DNA from: Spirogloea muscicola | Lineage: Eukaryota | Reading direction: 5' to 3' | NCBI GenBank assembly: GCA_009602725.1 | Contig: WELB01000013.1 | Location: forward strand, 662,593-726,592 | Length of the DNA stretch: 64,000 nt | Shown here: in pieces, positions 48,430 through 61,790 of the stretch | How the letters are laid out: the number at the start of each line of letters is the position of its first letter | Position numbering within the stretch: the stretch's first letter is position 1 | Program-made: the position numbers and the translations under genes | Notes under the pieces: generated by a model | Database searches by the model: none | Seen by the model: the letters and a program-made list of their open reading frames with translations, nothing else | Told to the model about the DNA's origin: nothing

Positions 48430-51400
48430 TTATGCCCGCTCGTGGCCCTTATTGTGCTGGAGGATCTGCGGTCCGGTGAAGAGGTAGACTTTCCCGCCGC
48501 ATTGTGAGCAGTTGTAGCGCCGCCTTGTAGCGGGGGACACGGCATCGTCTCGACCTCCACCGGGCTCTGCGGCTGCCCGTGCCTCCTGGCTGGCTTCTCC
48601 ACGCAGGGCGCCAACGTGCATTGTGCCCTCCCCTTCTGTTCGTCCAGAGTGCCCATCAATTGTGTCAGCCAGCCGCAGAGGTTGGAGACGGTTCACTTCG
48701 CTGGCAGCTTGTGCGTCCCTGCTCGACAACACCTCAGAAGCTGCAGCTGCGCGATCTTCCAGGGGCAGCCAGGCAGCTCCCCTCGTCGGCAGCTTTGAGT
48801 CTGCCGTCCCGGCTTTGCACGTCTGTCAAGCCAGATGAAGCTAGCACTCTGTTAAGCCGCTGAGCCACGTTCACAGTACAGATTCAAAGAGCACAAATTT
48901 CGTTGTCTGAGCCACAGATGGAATGCTTCAGCACTACGTTCCAGCCCCCAAGCAGGTTCTATTCATTGGTTCTCTACAAGTGACCTGGGCAAGCTGCACG
49001 CTGCCTAAGGGATGACAGAGTTACCTCAAGGTGCCTCTCAATATCTGCAAGCGTAGCAAGCATCTGCACTCCGCACTCTGGACAAGTCCAGTGCTTACGT
49101 AAGTTGGGCAGGGAAGTACCGCTGATGTCATTCCCTGCAAAATTTCAGCTACAATCATATGAATAGCAGAAAAGTTGGGTCAAGTCAGCAAGCTCCAAGA
49201 TGGCCATTCCATCTTATGAACGAAGCACATCCAAGGGTCGCGAGGGTAGTGGAAAGCCAACCCACAATCGTAATAGGATCATGGGCTATATATGTAATAG
49301 CTATATATTTAGGGCTATGTAATTGTGGTCTATATTGAACAAGGTCTGAAGGAGCCGGAAAGCGTAGAGACCACAAAGGATGCCTGCAGCCGCAAGTAGG
49401 AAAACCTAGCAGCAGGGGATGAGTCGCCCCACATCTCATGGATCTCAGAGAGGATGATAAGCAAAAGCACAGAAGTGTGCAATGCTGAGACAGCCGACTT
49501 ACCGGGCAGGCTTCCTATACGCAAGAAGGTCGTGAGCAGCTGGCCTCCTTTGTCAAGTCTCTGACTTCCTGTGCTGCAAAACCATGTGGAATTTCCCCTC
49601 TCAGAGCAAGCCAAAGCCTGCGTACTTACCTGGCACTACAATCTGACACGACCAGGTCTTCCCACAATGCATGGTGTCTGCATCATCATGAAGCCTTGAC
49701 CTACTCTGCCCTAGAGGCACACTCGCATCTGAGAGGTCGCCTTCGTACGTGGGTTCTGTGGTCGGCCATTTCAATGAGTTGCGCTCCAGCAATGCGGTGA
49801 CCACAGATCGCAGGGGCTGGTCGCAGGTGTAGCGAACAGTGCTGTCAAGGAAGTCTGCTAGCCTCTCTGCATCATCCCAGTAGAGCTCATCGGACATGCC
49901 AGCAAGGAATCAAGTAACAAACAACCATGGGCCAATGTGAAGCCAGCACTTCGCAAGCCTTTCGGATGCCAGAAGTCAGATGCCAATATAAAGTCTTGAA
50001 GCCAGTATTCTGCAGAGGCACTCTTAGCAGGGACAGGGTAGAGGAGGCACGCTCAATAGCGAGCATGAAAAATGACAAATATAAAATAAAATGGCTAAAC
50101 ATCAACCCACTAACTGGAAAGCCTATGATGGCATACAAGTACCTGACGAGACGGAGACTCTTGGAGTCTCCTGGTGTGTTGCCGTTGTCTCAACAATCTC
50201 CTTAGCAAACTCAGGCAGTCCATCGGGAAGCAGACTCATCGACTGCCTTGAGTTGACTGCCTCATCCTACATGCGACAGCCCTCATGTCCTTAGATACGA
50301 GCACCATGAGAATCTGCTCTTTAAGCTACTCATTCAGTTCACATAAAGTTGCACCTCATAGCTAAACCCTGTCATTGCGGAAGTCAAGATCTTACACGTC
50401 TGAACGCCCTTTTGGCTTGTCTTAGTCGATCCTTCAACAGTGCGCTTGTCATCGCTCTCAGTTGGCATGCCACCTGGGAATATTGGAGCAAGTGTACATG
50501 AGTGAGCAAGTTGTGTGTATGTCGATCATACCGCATTGATAGAAAAGAGCACCGCAAGCAGCCTATTGATCGTGCAACCATCAGTCTAATCCTGTTAGAA
50601 ACACCCTGTCCTTCAGCTGGTTGCACTTACTAGAACGAGATGCTGGGCCACTTCAGGAGCCTCAGCCACCCGAACAAGTAGCCATTCGTCGAAGAGAAGT
50701 AACCTCATGTCCGAGCTGGTGTCGATGCTGTGAGCAATGAGAAGCAGAGCAGGCAGAGAGGGCACCCGAATCTGCAGAATACAGCCATTTTATACACCCG
50801 TGTCATCTGTTTTGGAGGAATCTTCCAATCTATTTGCAATGAAAGAGTCTACAATCTCAGCTTCAGAATTATGGTCATCAGTACAAGGTCAAGGGCCAAG
50901 AATTTCTACCAGGTTGGTAAGGTAGAGCTTTGTGGTCTCCAGAAGGCTGGCATATGACAGAACCTCTTCCTGCGTAGGTGCAGTGAGCAGCCCGACTAAG
51001 TGAGCATAGATATACCACTCACTGTGTTGTGCTTGATCGACGCAACCAGGGAGAGCCCAACTTTACCGAGCTTATAGGGATGTCAGCAGAGGCCAGAACA
51101 CTGGCGGGATGGAGGCGAGCATTGGCCTTGAATTTGGTGTGATAAGTATGTTCCGTTGCTCTCCTGATGTGGTTGTTCTTGTCAGCGACTGCAAGCTGAG
51201 GGTACAGCCCACTGCCTGGTGATAGCAGCTATATGTACATCAGTCTCCTCCTGAGCCTTCTATCAGCTTACAGTTCTACATTGGTTCTACGCCTTACAAG
51301 AAAGTTCTCAGGTTTGCCTGCTCTATCCCAATGTGCTGGTGACAGAGAAAAGCGAGACAAAATCGAATGTGGGTCTGATAAGACCTTCAGAACTGTGGAA

Positions 51401-54400
51401 TCTGCTTCAGCCAGCAAGTAAGCACAAGAAGGTCAAGCCTCACAAATGATGAACTTGAGCAGGTTGACATCTCGGCGTCTGAGCTTGCAGCTGGCGGCCG
51501 TGGCCATGCTGTCCACGTCCACGGCCAGGCGCAGCTCGATGCTCTTGAAGTCCTCCTGGTCCTCCTCCTCCTCCCCCCCTCGGCCCTTCCTCTTCTTCCC
51601 CCCCTCTTCAGCAAGCATCTCGTCCTCGTCGCCACTGCTGCCTTCCACTTCCTCGCCAGCCAGCGAGAGTGTCCTCCTTCCCTTCTCCCTGGCTTGCTCT
51701 CTCTGCAAAACCCTATGAGGACATCAACAAGTCAATGCATGGTATGCTTGGCAAGTTCTGCGCGTGGGATTCTGGGCTCGGGCTTCATAGTAGCTCTAGA
51801 CTCCTCCGGCACATCAAGAGATGGGCTGGACCTTTTCTATGAACAGATTCTGTGAGTTTCGTAAGGCAGGAATGAGCAGCTTGTCACAAGGCAGAGCTGC
51901 AGTAGAAGCACATGCTTGACCTGCAACTGTCGCAGTCTCAAGAGCGCTTCCCGCCTCTCCCTCCCGGCACTCCCACGCTGCCAGGTCCTGCCCCGACTGC
52001 CTGCCTCCTCTTTCATCCCCTCTTGCTCTCCTGCCCAATGTCACTCCGCATGGGCTTTTTTACTTGTCTAAGCAAGGTTGCAAGCTGAAGCAGAGAGCCA
52101 TTGCTCCTCCAAAGTAATCTTCCACGGCACTGACGGTAGATCATGGAACTTTGGAGGCATATCGTAGCACAAGGACAGTGAAGGAGATGGATGCAGATAC
52201 CTTGACTTGCTGCCTCCAAGTGGAGGAGACCCTGGTCATGGAGAAGGTCTTGGAATTGCCGCTGAAGCTTTGCCATTTCGTACAGGCGCTGTTCTTCCAA
52301 GCCTACCCTCTTGCACCACCTGTCATCACCAGAAACACAGGTATGATAACTCAGAACGATGTTCAGAAATATCTCGTCAGAACACCTAAGGCTGCTACAT
52401 GCGTCCTGGCTGACGGCTTTTACAGAGAACTCTAGCATATCACAGAAGCATTGTGTACCACGGTGCATGCAGGGGGTCTGCAACAACAAGCTGCACTTAC
52501 TTGCGAGAGGACTGAGTGCGGGACGTATGGCCTTTGAGCTGGATCCACTCGTTGAATATCTGTAGCAATGAGAAGGCATCCCCTTGCTCGGAGTGGAAAG
52601 CCCTCCTGGCCTCTCTGACTGCTATGCTGGAGTCATTATCGGGCAGTCTAACATAGGGAGACTGGACACTAAGAGCAGCTGCTATGATGACTGTGGGCTT
52701 TGACAGATGAAAAATTGACCCTAGCACCTGCAGCAGATACCTCAGGCATCAGAGTACTCGGGTAGGAGGCAATCTTGGGCATAGGATAAAACAGGCCGCA
52801 GTGGAGATGTTACTGAGATAAAGTCTCTAAGATAAGACACTGCAACTGCAAATTTCAAGATGACATCACTAGCATGCCCATACAAGCACAAACTGCACAA
52901 ACTGACAGCCTCCAGCAAGGTCCCAGAGCAATTTGCATATCGCTTGCGCAGTGCCAGGTATTGGGGATTGATCATTTGCACCAGCATCTTGCCGACCGAG
53001 ACGTCCACTGGAAGGGGCGCAAGGACCTCTCCTAGTGGCGTCAGGCTCTCACTCCCCAATGGCGCGTCATTGGTCAAAGCGTCCAGCTGTCTCAGGCTGG
53101 TCAGAGCCTTCACAACAGCATCTTCGCTTGGAGGCTCTAAGAAGCCAAAGGTTCGAGGGTCGCCAGCTCGGAGCATCTGCAAATCCACATGTGTGTCCAG
53201 AATTGGACCTGATTATGGCGGCCATATGAGACTGAAAGCTGGCAACTCCACAATATTATTATAAGCTTGTCGAAACCCTGATCCTCTTGTATGCAACTGA
53301 CATGAAGTCTATGAGTGACCACATCCTTTTAGAGACTCTCAGTAAGAGTGCGATCATATACGTTGCCACAGCGGACTGAGTTGCTCTTGTCACTTTTTTC
53401 GCCACAAGCTTTGTTTGAGCCGGCGCAGGCACCTACCTTAATCTGCAGTACAACAGGCTCCAGTGCCACTCGATGAATCTCTGGAGTGGAGTAATCTGGC
53501 ATCTGGACATCACCCCTATTTCAGAACTTAGAGGCCTGAACAAATGAAATCATGATTCTGTGACCACCTTCTGCCTGAGCTGACATTGCTAAGATACGTC
53601 AGGCTCTTCATGCTGGCTAGTATGGGCTTGAATTAAGCAGGAGAAGAAAGGCATGTCTGTACTTGTTTGTACTGGCTGAGGGAATACAGACGGTAGCAGT
53701 GGCCAGGCCCTGTGCGCCCTGCTCGACCAGCCCTTTGCTGAGCGGATGCCTGAGATGCAACACTAACAGTCGACTCAGCAATTTCAACCCCCGAGTTGTT
53801 CGCGCCTTAGTTGCAAACTGTATGCATTCCATGCAATTTGTGTGTCAAGAGATGATTGTCATTATCAACAAAACTCTGTTCAAAGGATTTGATCACTGTA
53901 GCTAGTGTGCTTGTCAAAAAAAATGGTTGCAAGGATGCCGTTAACAATCAGGGCAACAAATAGTGGCATAACCAGCTCGGCTTGCAGCCGAAAGCTGCAA
54001 CAAGGTCACCTATCTTCACATCAAAGAGGTTCAGAAACTGATATGTGATCTCAACGGGCTCACCTGCAAACCTGTGAGTGATCAAGCTAAGTCCTTACTT
54101 ACATCCTGTTTGCAAGCGACCCAAGCTTCCGTGTCAGTGACTGACCTTGCTGATCCATCCCTCCTGAAGAGAGCCTCCACCACTTGTCAGGTCATGGAGC
54201 ATCTCCTTGGACCGACCAGAATCCACAACGAATCGGACCCCGTCAATGGTGACGCTGGTTTCAGCCAGATTGGTGGACAGGATGACCTTGCGTACCCCTT
54301 CTGGAGGAAGATCAAAGACTTTGTCCTGAAAAATGGATCACCCCTCTACTATTAGGAGCAGCTGGACGCAGGTCTGATGTCATTGAAGCTCAGTCCAGCT

Positions 54401-57400
54401 TGGATTAACTTGTGCCTGCTGTGTATTGACGCTAGACAGGGTTACACTTTGCATACGAGTACAGAAGGACAAGATCCGTATAGGGCACATGAATTATGGG
54501 AAGTGCAGAATAATGATAGAGAGATTCAGGAAGAGGGGAGAGCATGCCTGTTCCTCCACAGACAGCGCGCTGTGCAGAAGGAGCACAATCCATCGGCGAG
54601 TGTGGTCAGCATACGATCTAATGGCTTCTGCGAGGGTTGTTATCTCCTGCATCCCTGCCCACAGACATACAATCTAAATGTGATGCCACAATCCCCTGAG
54701 AGAAGAAGAGACACATTCTCATGTATGGCAGGGGGAGCATAAGCTGGCCTCTTGCGACAACAGAAGGGACTCACCACATGAGTTCAAGAGACTGCTAGAC
54801 GCTGCACAAGGAGGAGAACAAGGTGGTGGAGCTCACAGACCACTGAGAAAGATCAGCATGTCGCCCCGCTGTTCGGGGGGAAACTGCTGGTCGACCCTCT
54901 CAAGCATGCGGAGGTATGGTCGAGTGTCAAGCCGCTCCGGCCGTGGCTTGCGCTTGTCAGGCCTGGCATTCACGTCACTGCCCTCCACGCTTCGTTCGAT
55001 GAACAAGCCATCATCGTTGCGCTCGTCGCTGATGTACTCGATCGTAGTTGGATACAGTCTTCCTGGGACCTGAAGATAACAGGCTGAGTAAGCTGCATGC
55101 TTATTTATCTTTCAGCTCTCCCCATAATCTGCACTTTGGTATAGTCTGCACTTTGGATGATGACAATTGTCACCTGTACAACAGGTGCCCCGCCAAAGTA
55201 GGCTGCGTACGTGTTCACGTTGATTGTGGCGCTCATCAGGATCACACGAAGCTCGGGTCTCCTCGCAATGACCTGCTTTTGCAGTACGATGACACTGCCC
55301 ATGAGTTAGCCTGCTTAATTGTTGCTGCAAGAGCCATCATGCGCCCTCCACAGTCCCAGCGCCGGCCTCAGCAAAGGGAGATAATGGTCAGCTGGCTCAC
55401 ATCACGCAGGAGAGCGAGGAGGAGATCAGTATTCAGATGCCGCTCATGGACCTCGTCAATGCTGAGTCAGCTACAGGGTTTTATCAGCTGAAATTGTAAG
55501 CATTTGTTATGTCTGTAAGCCTCTGATAGTGAGCAGTGTTGAGCAGTAGTTGTTGCAGCTGGTAAGTCACAAGATGCTCTACCCATTACTTAAACAGGTC
55601 AACAAATTGCTTGCCAGGGGGCTTAAGGGGCTTATAGAGCAGATTGCAGCAGATTGTCAAGAGAGTGTTACAGTCAATGCGCACATGATGACATTGTAGT
55701 GACTGAGCTCTGCATTTGTCATCAGCTCTCGCAGGAGCACACCCTGAGAGACTGGCAGACAACCTGATTCAGTGAAGCATTAATCTTAGCAAGAAGTTCT
55801 GAAGCCTCAAGCAGTGCCGATGACGTTAAGGAGACCTGCTCTGCATGCTCCAAAATGGTGTGCAGAGGAGCCTATGAGTGATAACCATTCACCTACCTCA
55901 GTCAAGAAGAGGATGCGGGTGGCAGCGGTGCGAGTGGAGTCAAAACGTATTTTAAAAGCAACTGCCGAGCCATGTTCGTGCAGGGTCTCGTAGGCCACCC
56001 TCCTGCACAGCGAGATTGCTGACAGCCTCCGCGGCTGGGTGCAGGCAATCTGGCGGTACCCGGCCCTCAGTAGCATCTGGGGGACTTGTGTCGACTGCAA
56101 GAGGCACGACCAAGGGAGGACACCTAAGAAGGGAGCTACGCCTTTATTTAAAAAGGCCAGATCAGAGGGTTTAGATTTATTGTCAAAAACCTGCCCAATG
56201 CATGTGTATTTGCATCTCCGTGTGGTTGTACTTCACCTGCCAAGGGTTGCAAAGACAGCTGACAGACAAACTGCAGTGGCCATACTTTGCAGGTAAAAGT
56301 GCGTCTAAGCAGATTGACCAAAGAAGAGTGTCAACAAGCCTGTGGGGTCGGAGCAGTGTGGTGCCACTGACCTTGCCACAGCCAGTCTCGCCGGCAATGA
56401 CCACCACCGGGTTGTGCTCAACCGCCTTCAGGATGTCCTCCTCAAAGGACGAAATTGGAAGGCTTGCCTGGTCCTTTCTCAACTTGACCAGCTTCGCAAA
56501 GAGTCGCTTCTGTGAACCATTGGCCCATCGCACTTTAGTCCCCTCAATGTGTGGACCAATGAAAAGGCACAAGCCCACTTTCAAGTCAGAGAAAGGTACA
56601 GGCAACGTTTATTAATGTGTGAGCTTCAGAATGTCTTGTGTAGACATCCTAAGTTTGCGATTTGAGCGTTTGGGCCCATAATCTGGAAAACGACACTGAC
56701 CTGGAGAAAGTCTTCGTAGAGGACCAGCATGCGGCGATACTCAGCAAGGGCGGATGAGTCCAGCCCCCCCTCATCACAACCAGAGGGCTTCTGGTGGGTG
56801 GCACCTAGTACCGCAACGTTCACGCGGTATCGCATGTCATACCTGACAAGTGTAACAATTGGCATCCTCAGTGAGTTATGCAGCACACTAGCAGCAACAA
56901 GCATAGGTGAGCAACGTGCAGATGCAGATGTAGGCACAGAACAAGCATAGTTATAACGGCACAAGGTGAACAAAACGGCAATTGAGTCGAGCACACAGCC
57001 TACGCTTATCCGGCCTGCTCAAGGGCAGGACGACCCATGGTCAGGTCCGCCCTCACTTCTCTGGCAGCTCAAGCTGCTCTGCGAGAGCGACGTCCTGCTC
57101 CTCCTGCCCAGCAGGGCTTGCAGCGGGACCCTCGGCAGCCTTTCTGGTGTGTTGCAGGGTGGTGTAACGGGCCAGCTTGGGGATGAAGTCTGCAGTCACA
57201 ACAAGATCCAGCTCAAGGCTTGTGACCTTGAGGCATCACAATCTCCAGCTGGGAAGTATCTATACAGCTTACACCAGATTCTGGCTACGTAGTTACGCAC
57301 GTCAATGTTCTGCTTCACCTGTTAGCATGCAGCTGCCTATTTTGGCCAGACACAATACACAGCCATCATGCCCCATAAATAACGAGTTAGACACCAATTC

Positions 57401-57877
57401 CCTCAACCCCCTTGACTAAAACCCCTAATTCCTAAGGGTTTCGGAGTTAGAGTTAGGGTTTAGGATTTCAGATATAGAGTTAGGGGGTTTAGGACATGTG
57501 CCAGTTTCTAAAGCGCTGGTTGTCTTGCGGTGCTCGCATTACGGATCGAGGGCTGGTGCTCGTCCTGGGGGAGAGCCTCCGCCAAGAACCTGCCCTGCCA
57601 AGCGGCAGCACCGGCACTGCCCGCACACGGTGCCGTTGCGTCAAGCCTCAGCGCGCCGGCGGCGTCCGCACCTTGCAGCTCGTCATGCTCGGCACTGCCG
57701 CGCGGGAAGTGGTCGTCGGGGCCGTGGAAGCGCCGGTCCAGCTCCGCCTGGTGCTGCGGCCAGTCGAAGGCGGGCCGGCCGGGCGCCGCGCCCCCACCGC
57801 TGCCGGCGGAGCCTCCGGCTTCCTCCCCTCCTCGCAGCGGCGTCGCCGCCGCTGCGCCGTCGCGCTCCTTGCGGAGC
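48430..57877 (-). CDS. DHX34: DHX34-like DEAH-box RNA helicase (5' end in gap)
   Basis: [55 protein letters not shown]34-type HA2 region [56 protein letters not shown]; terminal C2H2-like [14 protein letters not shown]. Confidence 0.85.
57433..57493. repeat. Degenerate TTTAGGG-like tract in a DHX34 intron
   Basis: TAAGGGTTTCGGAGTTAGAGTTAGGGTTTAGGATTTCAGATATAGAGTTAGGGGGTTTAGG. Similar tracts at 6554-6598, 18126-18167, 31179-31200, 44740-44783 and 47741-47760. Confidence 0.75.
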
Positions 57878-58839
57878 NNNNNNNNNNNNNNNNNNNNNNN
57901 NNNNNNNNNNNNNNNNNNNNNNNNNNNNNNNNNNNNNNNNNNNNNNNNNNNNNNNNNNNNNNNNNNNNNNNNNNNNNNNNNNNNNNNNNNNNNNNNNNNN
58001 NNNNNNNNNNNNNNNNNNNNNNNNNNNNNNNNNNNNNNNNNNNNNNNNNNNNNNNNNNNNNNNNNNNNNNNNNNNNNNNNNNNNNNNNNNNNNNNNNNNN
58101 NNNNNNNNNNNNNNNNNNNNNNNNNNNNNNNNNNNNNNNNNNNNNNNNNNNNNNNNNNNNNNNNNNNNNNNNNNNNNNNNNNNNNNNNNNNNNNNNNNNN
58201 NNNNNNNNNNNNNNNNNNNNNNNNNNNNNNNNNNNNNNNNNNNNNNNNNNNNNNNNNNNNNNNNNNNNNNNNNNNNNNNNNNNNNNNNNNNNNNNNNNNN
58301 NNNNNNNNNNNNNNNNNNNNNNNNNNNNNNNNNNNNNNNNNNNNNNNNNNNNNNNNNNNNNNNNNNNNNNNNNNNNNNNNNNNNNNNNNNNNNNNNNNNN
58401 NNNNNNNNNNNNNNNNNNNNNNNNNNNNNNNNNNNNNNNNNNNNNNNNNNNNNNNNNNNNNNNNNNNNNNNNNNNNNNNNNNNNNNNNNNNNNNNNNNNN
58501 NNNNNNNNNNNNNNNNNNNNNNNNNNNNNNNNNNNNNNNNNNNNNNNNNNNNNNNNNNNNNNNNNNNNNNNNNNNNNNNNNNNNNNNNNNNNNNNNNNNN
58601 NNNNNNNNNNNNNNNNNNNNNNNNNNNNNNNNNNNNNNNNNNNNNNNNNNNNNNNNNNNNNNNNNNNNNNNNNNNNNNNNNNNNNNNNNNNNNNNNNNNN
58701 NNNNNNNNNNNNNNNNNNNNNNNNNNNNNNNNNNNNNNNNNNNNNNNNNNNNNNNNNNNNNNNNNNNNNNNNNNNNNNNNNNNNNNNNNNNNNNNNNNNN
58801 NNNNNNNNNNNNNNNNNNNNNNNNNNNNNNNNNNNNNNN

Positions 58840-58932
<93 letters not shown>

Positions 58933-58959
58933 AGCCACCAGTTAATCTGGCCGCGCTTG

Positions 58960-58987
<28 letters not shown>
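58840..58987. repeat. (CT)n microsatellite interrupted by a 29-nt retroelement-UTR motif
   Basis: CT runs at 58840-58930 and ~58960-58987 flank CCAGCCACCAGTTAATCTGGCCGCGCTTG. Confidence 0.9.
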
Positions 58988-58994
<7 letters not shown>

Positions 58995-59225
58995 CTCCCT
59001 CTCTGCCCAACTCTTTGCCCCTATCTCTCACTTCAGTCCCAACCCCCTTTGCTTAGCGCTTTTCAGGCCCCTCCGCCATTTGGCCCCTTCGAAAACCATT
59101 GTCAATTCTTTTCGGGCTGGCTTTTCTCCCTTGCCCCCATTGGGAGTGCCACTTCTCGTTGGGCGAGCGCTTCTCTCTTTCACAGCCCTTGCCCAGACTG
59201 GGAGTGCCACTGCTTCTCCACTAGC
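58931..59225 (+). mobile_element. Degenerate retroelement 3'UTR fragments directly upstream of the GST
   Basis: CCATTGTCAATTCTTTTCGGGCTGGCTTTTCTCCC matches the reverse complement of 61361-61400, and 58931-58960 matches the reverse complement of 61732-61762. Confidence 0.65.
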
Positions 59226-59301
59226 TGTCTTCGCTTTAGAGGGGCGAACTCGCTCACCTCCGCCCGCCACGCGCAAGCTGCCGGCAGCTGCCTAGTCAGT
59301 G

Positions 59302-60551
59302 ATGCATGCCCTGCCCTTCTCCTCGGTGCTCCACCGAGCCGCCATAGTCGCAACCACCGCTGCAGCTACGTTTGCCCCGTCCCGCTCCGCTGCCTGGGCC
59401 TTGCACCGCCCCGTGCAGCTGCCCCGTGTGCTCAGGGCGCGGCCGCTGACCACCCTCACGATGATGAGCGACCCCGCCACTGCCGCCGCCGCCACGGAGG
59501 CCCGCGAGGGCGACAAGCCGAAGCTCTTCTGCGCGTGGTTCTGCCCCTTTGCGCAGCGCGCATGGATTGCGCTCGAGGAGAAGGGCGTGCCATATGAATA
59601 TCTTGAGGTCGACCCATACGCTAAGCCACCGGAGCTTATGGCTGTCAACCCGCGCGGCCTTGTGCCGTCGCTAGAGCACCGCGACCACGGGCTCTACGAG
59701 TCCATGGTGCTCATGGAGTACATAGATGAGGCGTTTGAGGGCCGCCGGCTGCTGCCACATGAACCCTTCTCACGCGCCGTCGCTCGAATCTGGATGGACT
59801 ATGTCAACAAGAAGGTTGTGCCCACCTTCTACAGGTGAGCGCACTCCCACTATGCAGCCAGCTAGCAGCTCAGGGCTCGCAGCGCAGCGCCGAGCCCAGT
59901 TTGATGGCTGCTCCGCTGGCGGCACCAGCCGCAGCGGGTCAGGACTGACAGTGGCACTGGCGTTTCAGATTTCTGCAGTTCCAGGATGCTGAGAAGCAGG
60001 CAGAGGCTGGGCGCGAGCTGCTGCAGCACTACAAAGAGCTGTCGGCGGCCATGTTGGAGCTTGACCCTGAGGGACCCTACTTCATGGGCAAGGACTTCAC
60101 GCTTGCCGACGTTGTCCTCACACCATGGGCAGTGCGCGATCACGTCCTTATGCACTACCGAGGCTTCAGGTTGGCGGCTCCCAGTACAACAATCATTCAA
60201 TCTTCTGCTTGGTCGCTCAGTATTTTGGCATGCAAAGCACAGAGTGCAAAAGCATAAATGAGCCCCTTGAGCACAGCTATCTGATTCGCAATCAGCCCAC
60301 TAGCAGACTGTTGCAAGTCCCCTGGTCTTGCAGCACAATAATGCGCCTGTGTTTCTGCTTCTGGCAGGGTGCCTGAGACAACGGAGTTCCAGCGCTTCAA
60401 CTTGTGGCTCGCAGCCGTGAAGGAACGGCCGAGCGTACGCGCGACGCTGGCAGACCCTGAGCGGCTGCAAGCTACGTACCAGCGCTATGCTGACAATACT
60501 GTGCAATCCGAGGTGGGGCGCGCCATCAACTCGGACCGACCGCTGCCGTGA
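59302..60551 (+). CDS. Cys-type glutathione S-transferase (omega-like) with probable organellar transit peptide, 3 exons
   Basis: CAWFCPFAQRAWIALEEKG; VNPRGLVPSL; LYESMVLMEYIDE; GPYFMGKDFTLADV; C-terminus YQRYADNTVQSEVGRAINSDRPLP*. An Ala/Arg-rich N-extension precedes the alternative Met at 59461. Confidence 0.9.
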
Positions 60552-61054
60552 AGTCCGTTGCGCGGGCCATCTATTGACCACCTCGTGCCGGTGTGCTGGA
60601 AGCAAGACCACAGAATGTCGCGCACGACAGCTACCCTCATAATTTGCAACAATGAAGCTGCAGTTGTGCAGCAAGCATGGGTTGCTCGAGCAGTCGCCTC
60701 ATGAGGTCAAGTTCAATTTGGACGCTCGCTGCCACTGGCAGAGCCAGTTGCATTCCCCATATTTGCCATGTTGTGCCGCTGCAGGAGGCACCACTACGGT
60801 GGTCCTGCCTTAAGCATGGCAGCAGACAGCCTGCAAGAGCGGCCATAAGAGAGGAAGCCACTGGCGCTTGCGGCATTGCTCTTGGGCCCCCTGCCCTGTG
60901 CTCGCCGTAGCACTCGGCCACACAGGCCTTCCATTGCTCAGTACACACTCCGATGTTCCTACGAGCCACCGTGGCAGCGGCGCGGCAAGGTGGTCCGGCG
61001 ACCCTGACCAGCACTTGTGAAAAGCACGCAACATTCAAGGTCATAATAAACGAA

Positions 61055-61790
61055 TGCGGCTGCTGATATTTAAAGAGCGGCTGTGAAAGCCAGCCAGATG
61101 CATACAGGCGTTCTTGACGGACAGGCTAGGCAGACAGGGCGCTCGTAGAGCCACTTCACACCGGACGAACGCACATTGGCCTCGAGTTGGCCTCGATTTG
61201 GCAAGGCTTTGACTCTGGGCGTTCCACACATCGCGCGACACGTACCCCTCGGCCGCGTCCGTCCGTCCAGGTGTGAACTGGGCCTTAGTACCCCCGGGTC
61301 AGCAGTAGGAAGTCAGATGAGCTGAGGGGAGGAAGAGCGAAGAGCGCGCCCATAGAAAAGAGGGGCTGGCAAAGCCAGCCCAAAAAAGAATGGACAATGT
61401 CCAAAGCCAAAGCAAGAGGAGCCGGAGAAAGGACTACACTACAACATACTGCAGAACACAGAAACGATGCAGAGGAAAGCTCAGTACCCACGAGTGAGCA
61501 ACATCAGGTCTGAGTAGCTCGCTCGCTGAAGAGCAACACCGCTGCGCAAGCCAGAGGCTGCTGCAAGGGCGCGACTGGCGCGGCGGTGCAAAGCAAGCGC
61601 TTGGGAGCGCTGGAGGGACATAGACAATCGCATGCGGTAGCAGGACACAAGACCCAAAGGCACCGAGCCTCCAGGAATTGCTGCACCCCGCCGGGTGGTC
61701 CCATAAAACGTAGTACCACGTAAGCTGAGAGGCAAGCGCAGCCAGATTGACTGGTGGCTGGGAGAAGCCAGCCCAAAAGGACTTTGAGTA
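61055..61790 (-). mobile_element. Head-to-tail stack of truncated 3' ends of the RLE retroelement family
   Basis: Three successive LLTRGY tails (ending 61785, 61481 and 61285), each followed by a UTR containing the GGCTG(G)..(C)CAGCC hairpin. Confidence 0.8.
61148..61284. mobile_element. Putative PIF/Harbinger-like MITE
   Basis: ~30-bp imperfect TIRs (GAGCCACTTCACACC-GGACG versus right-end reverse complement GGCCCAGTTCACACCTGGACG) with 3-bp flanks GTA/TTA. It interrupts a LINE tail between its stop codon and UTR. Confidence 0.55.
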
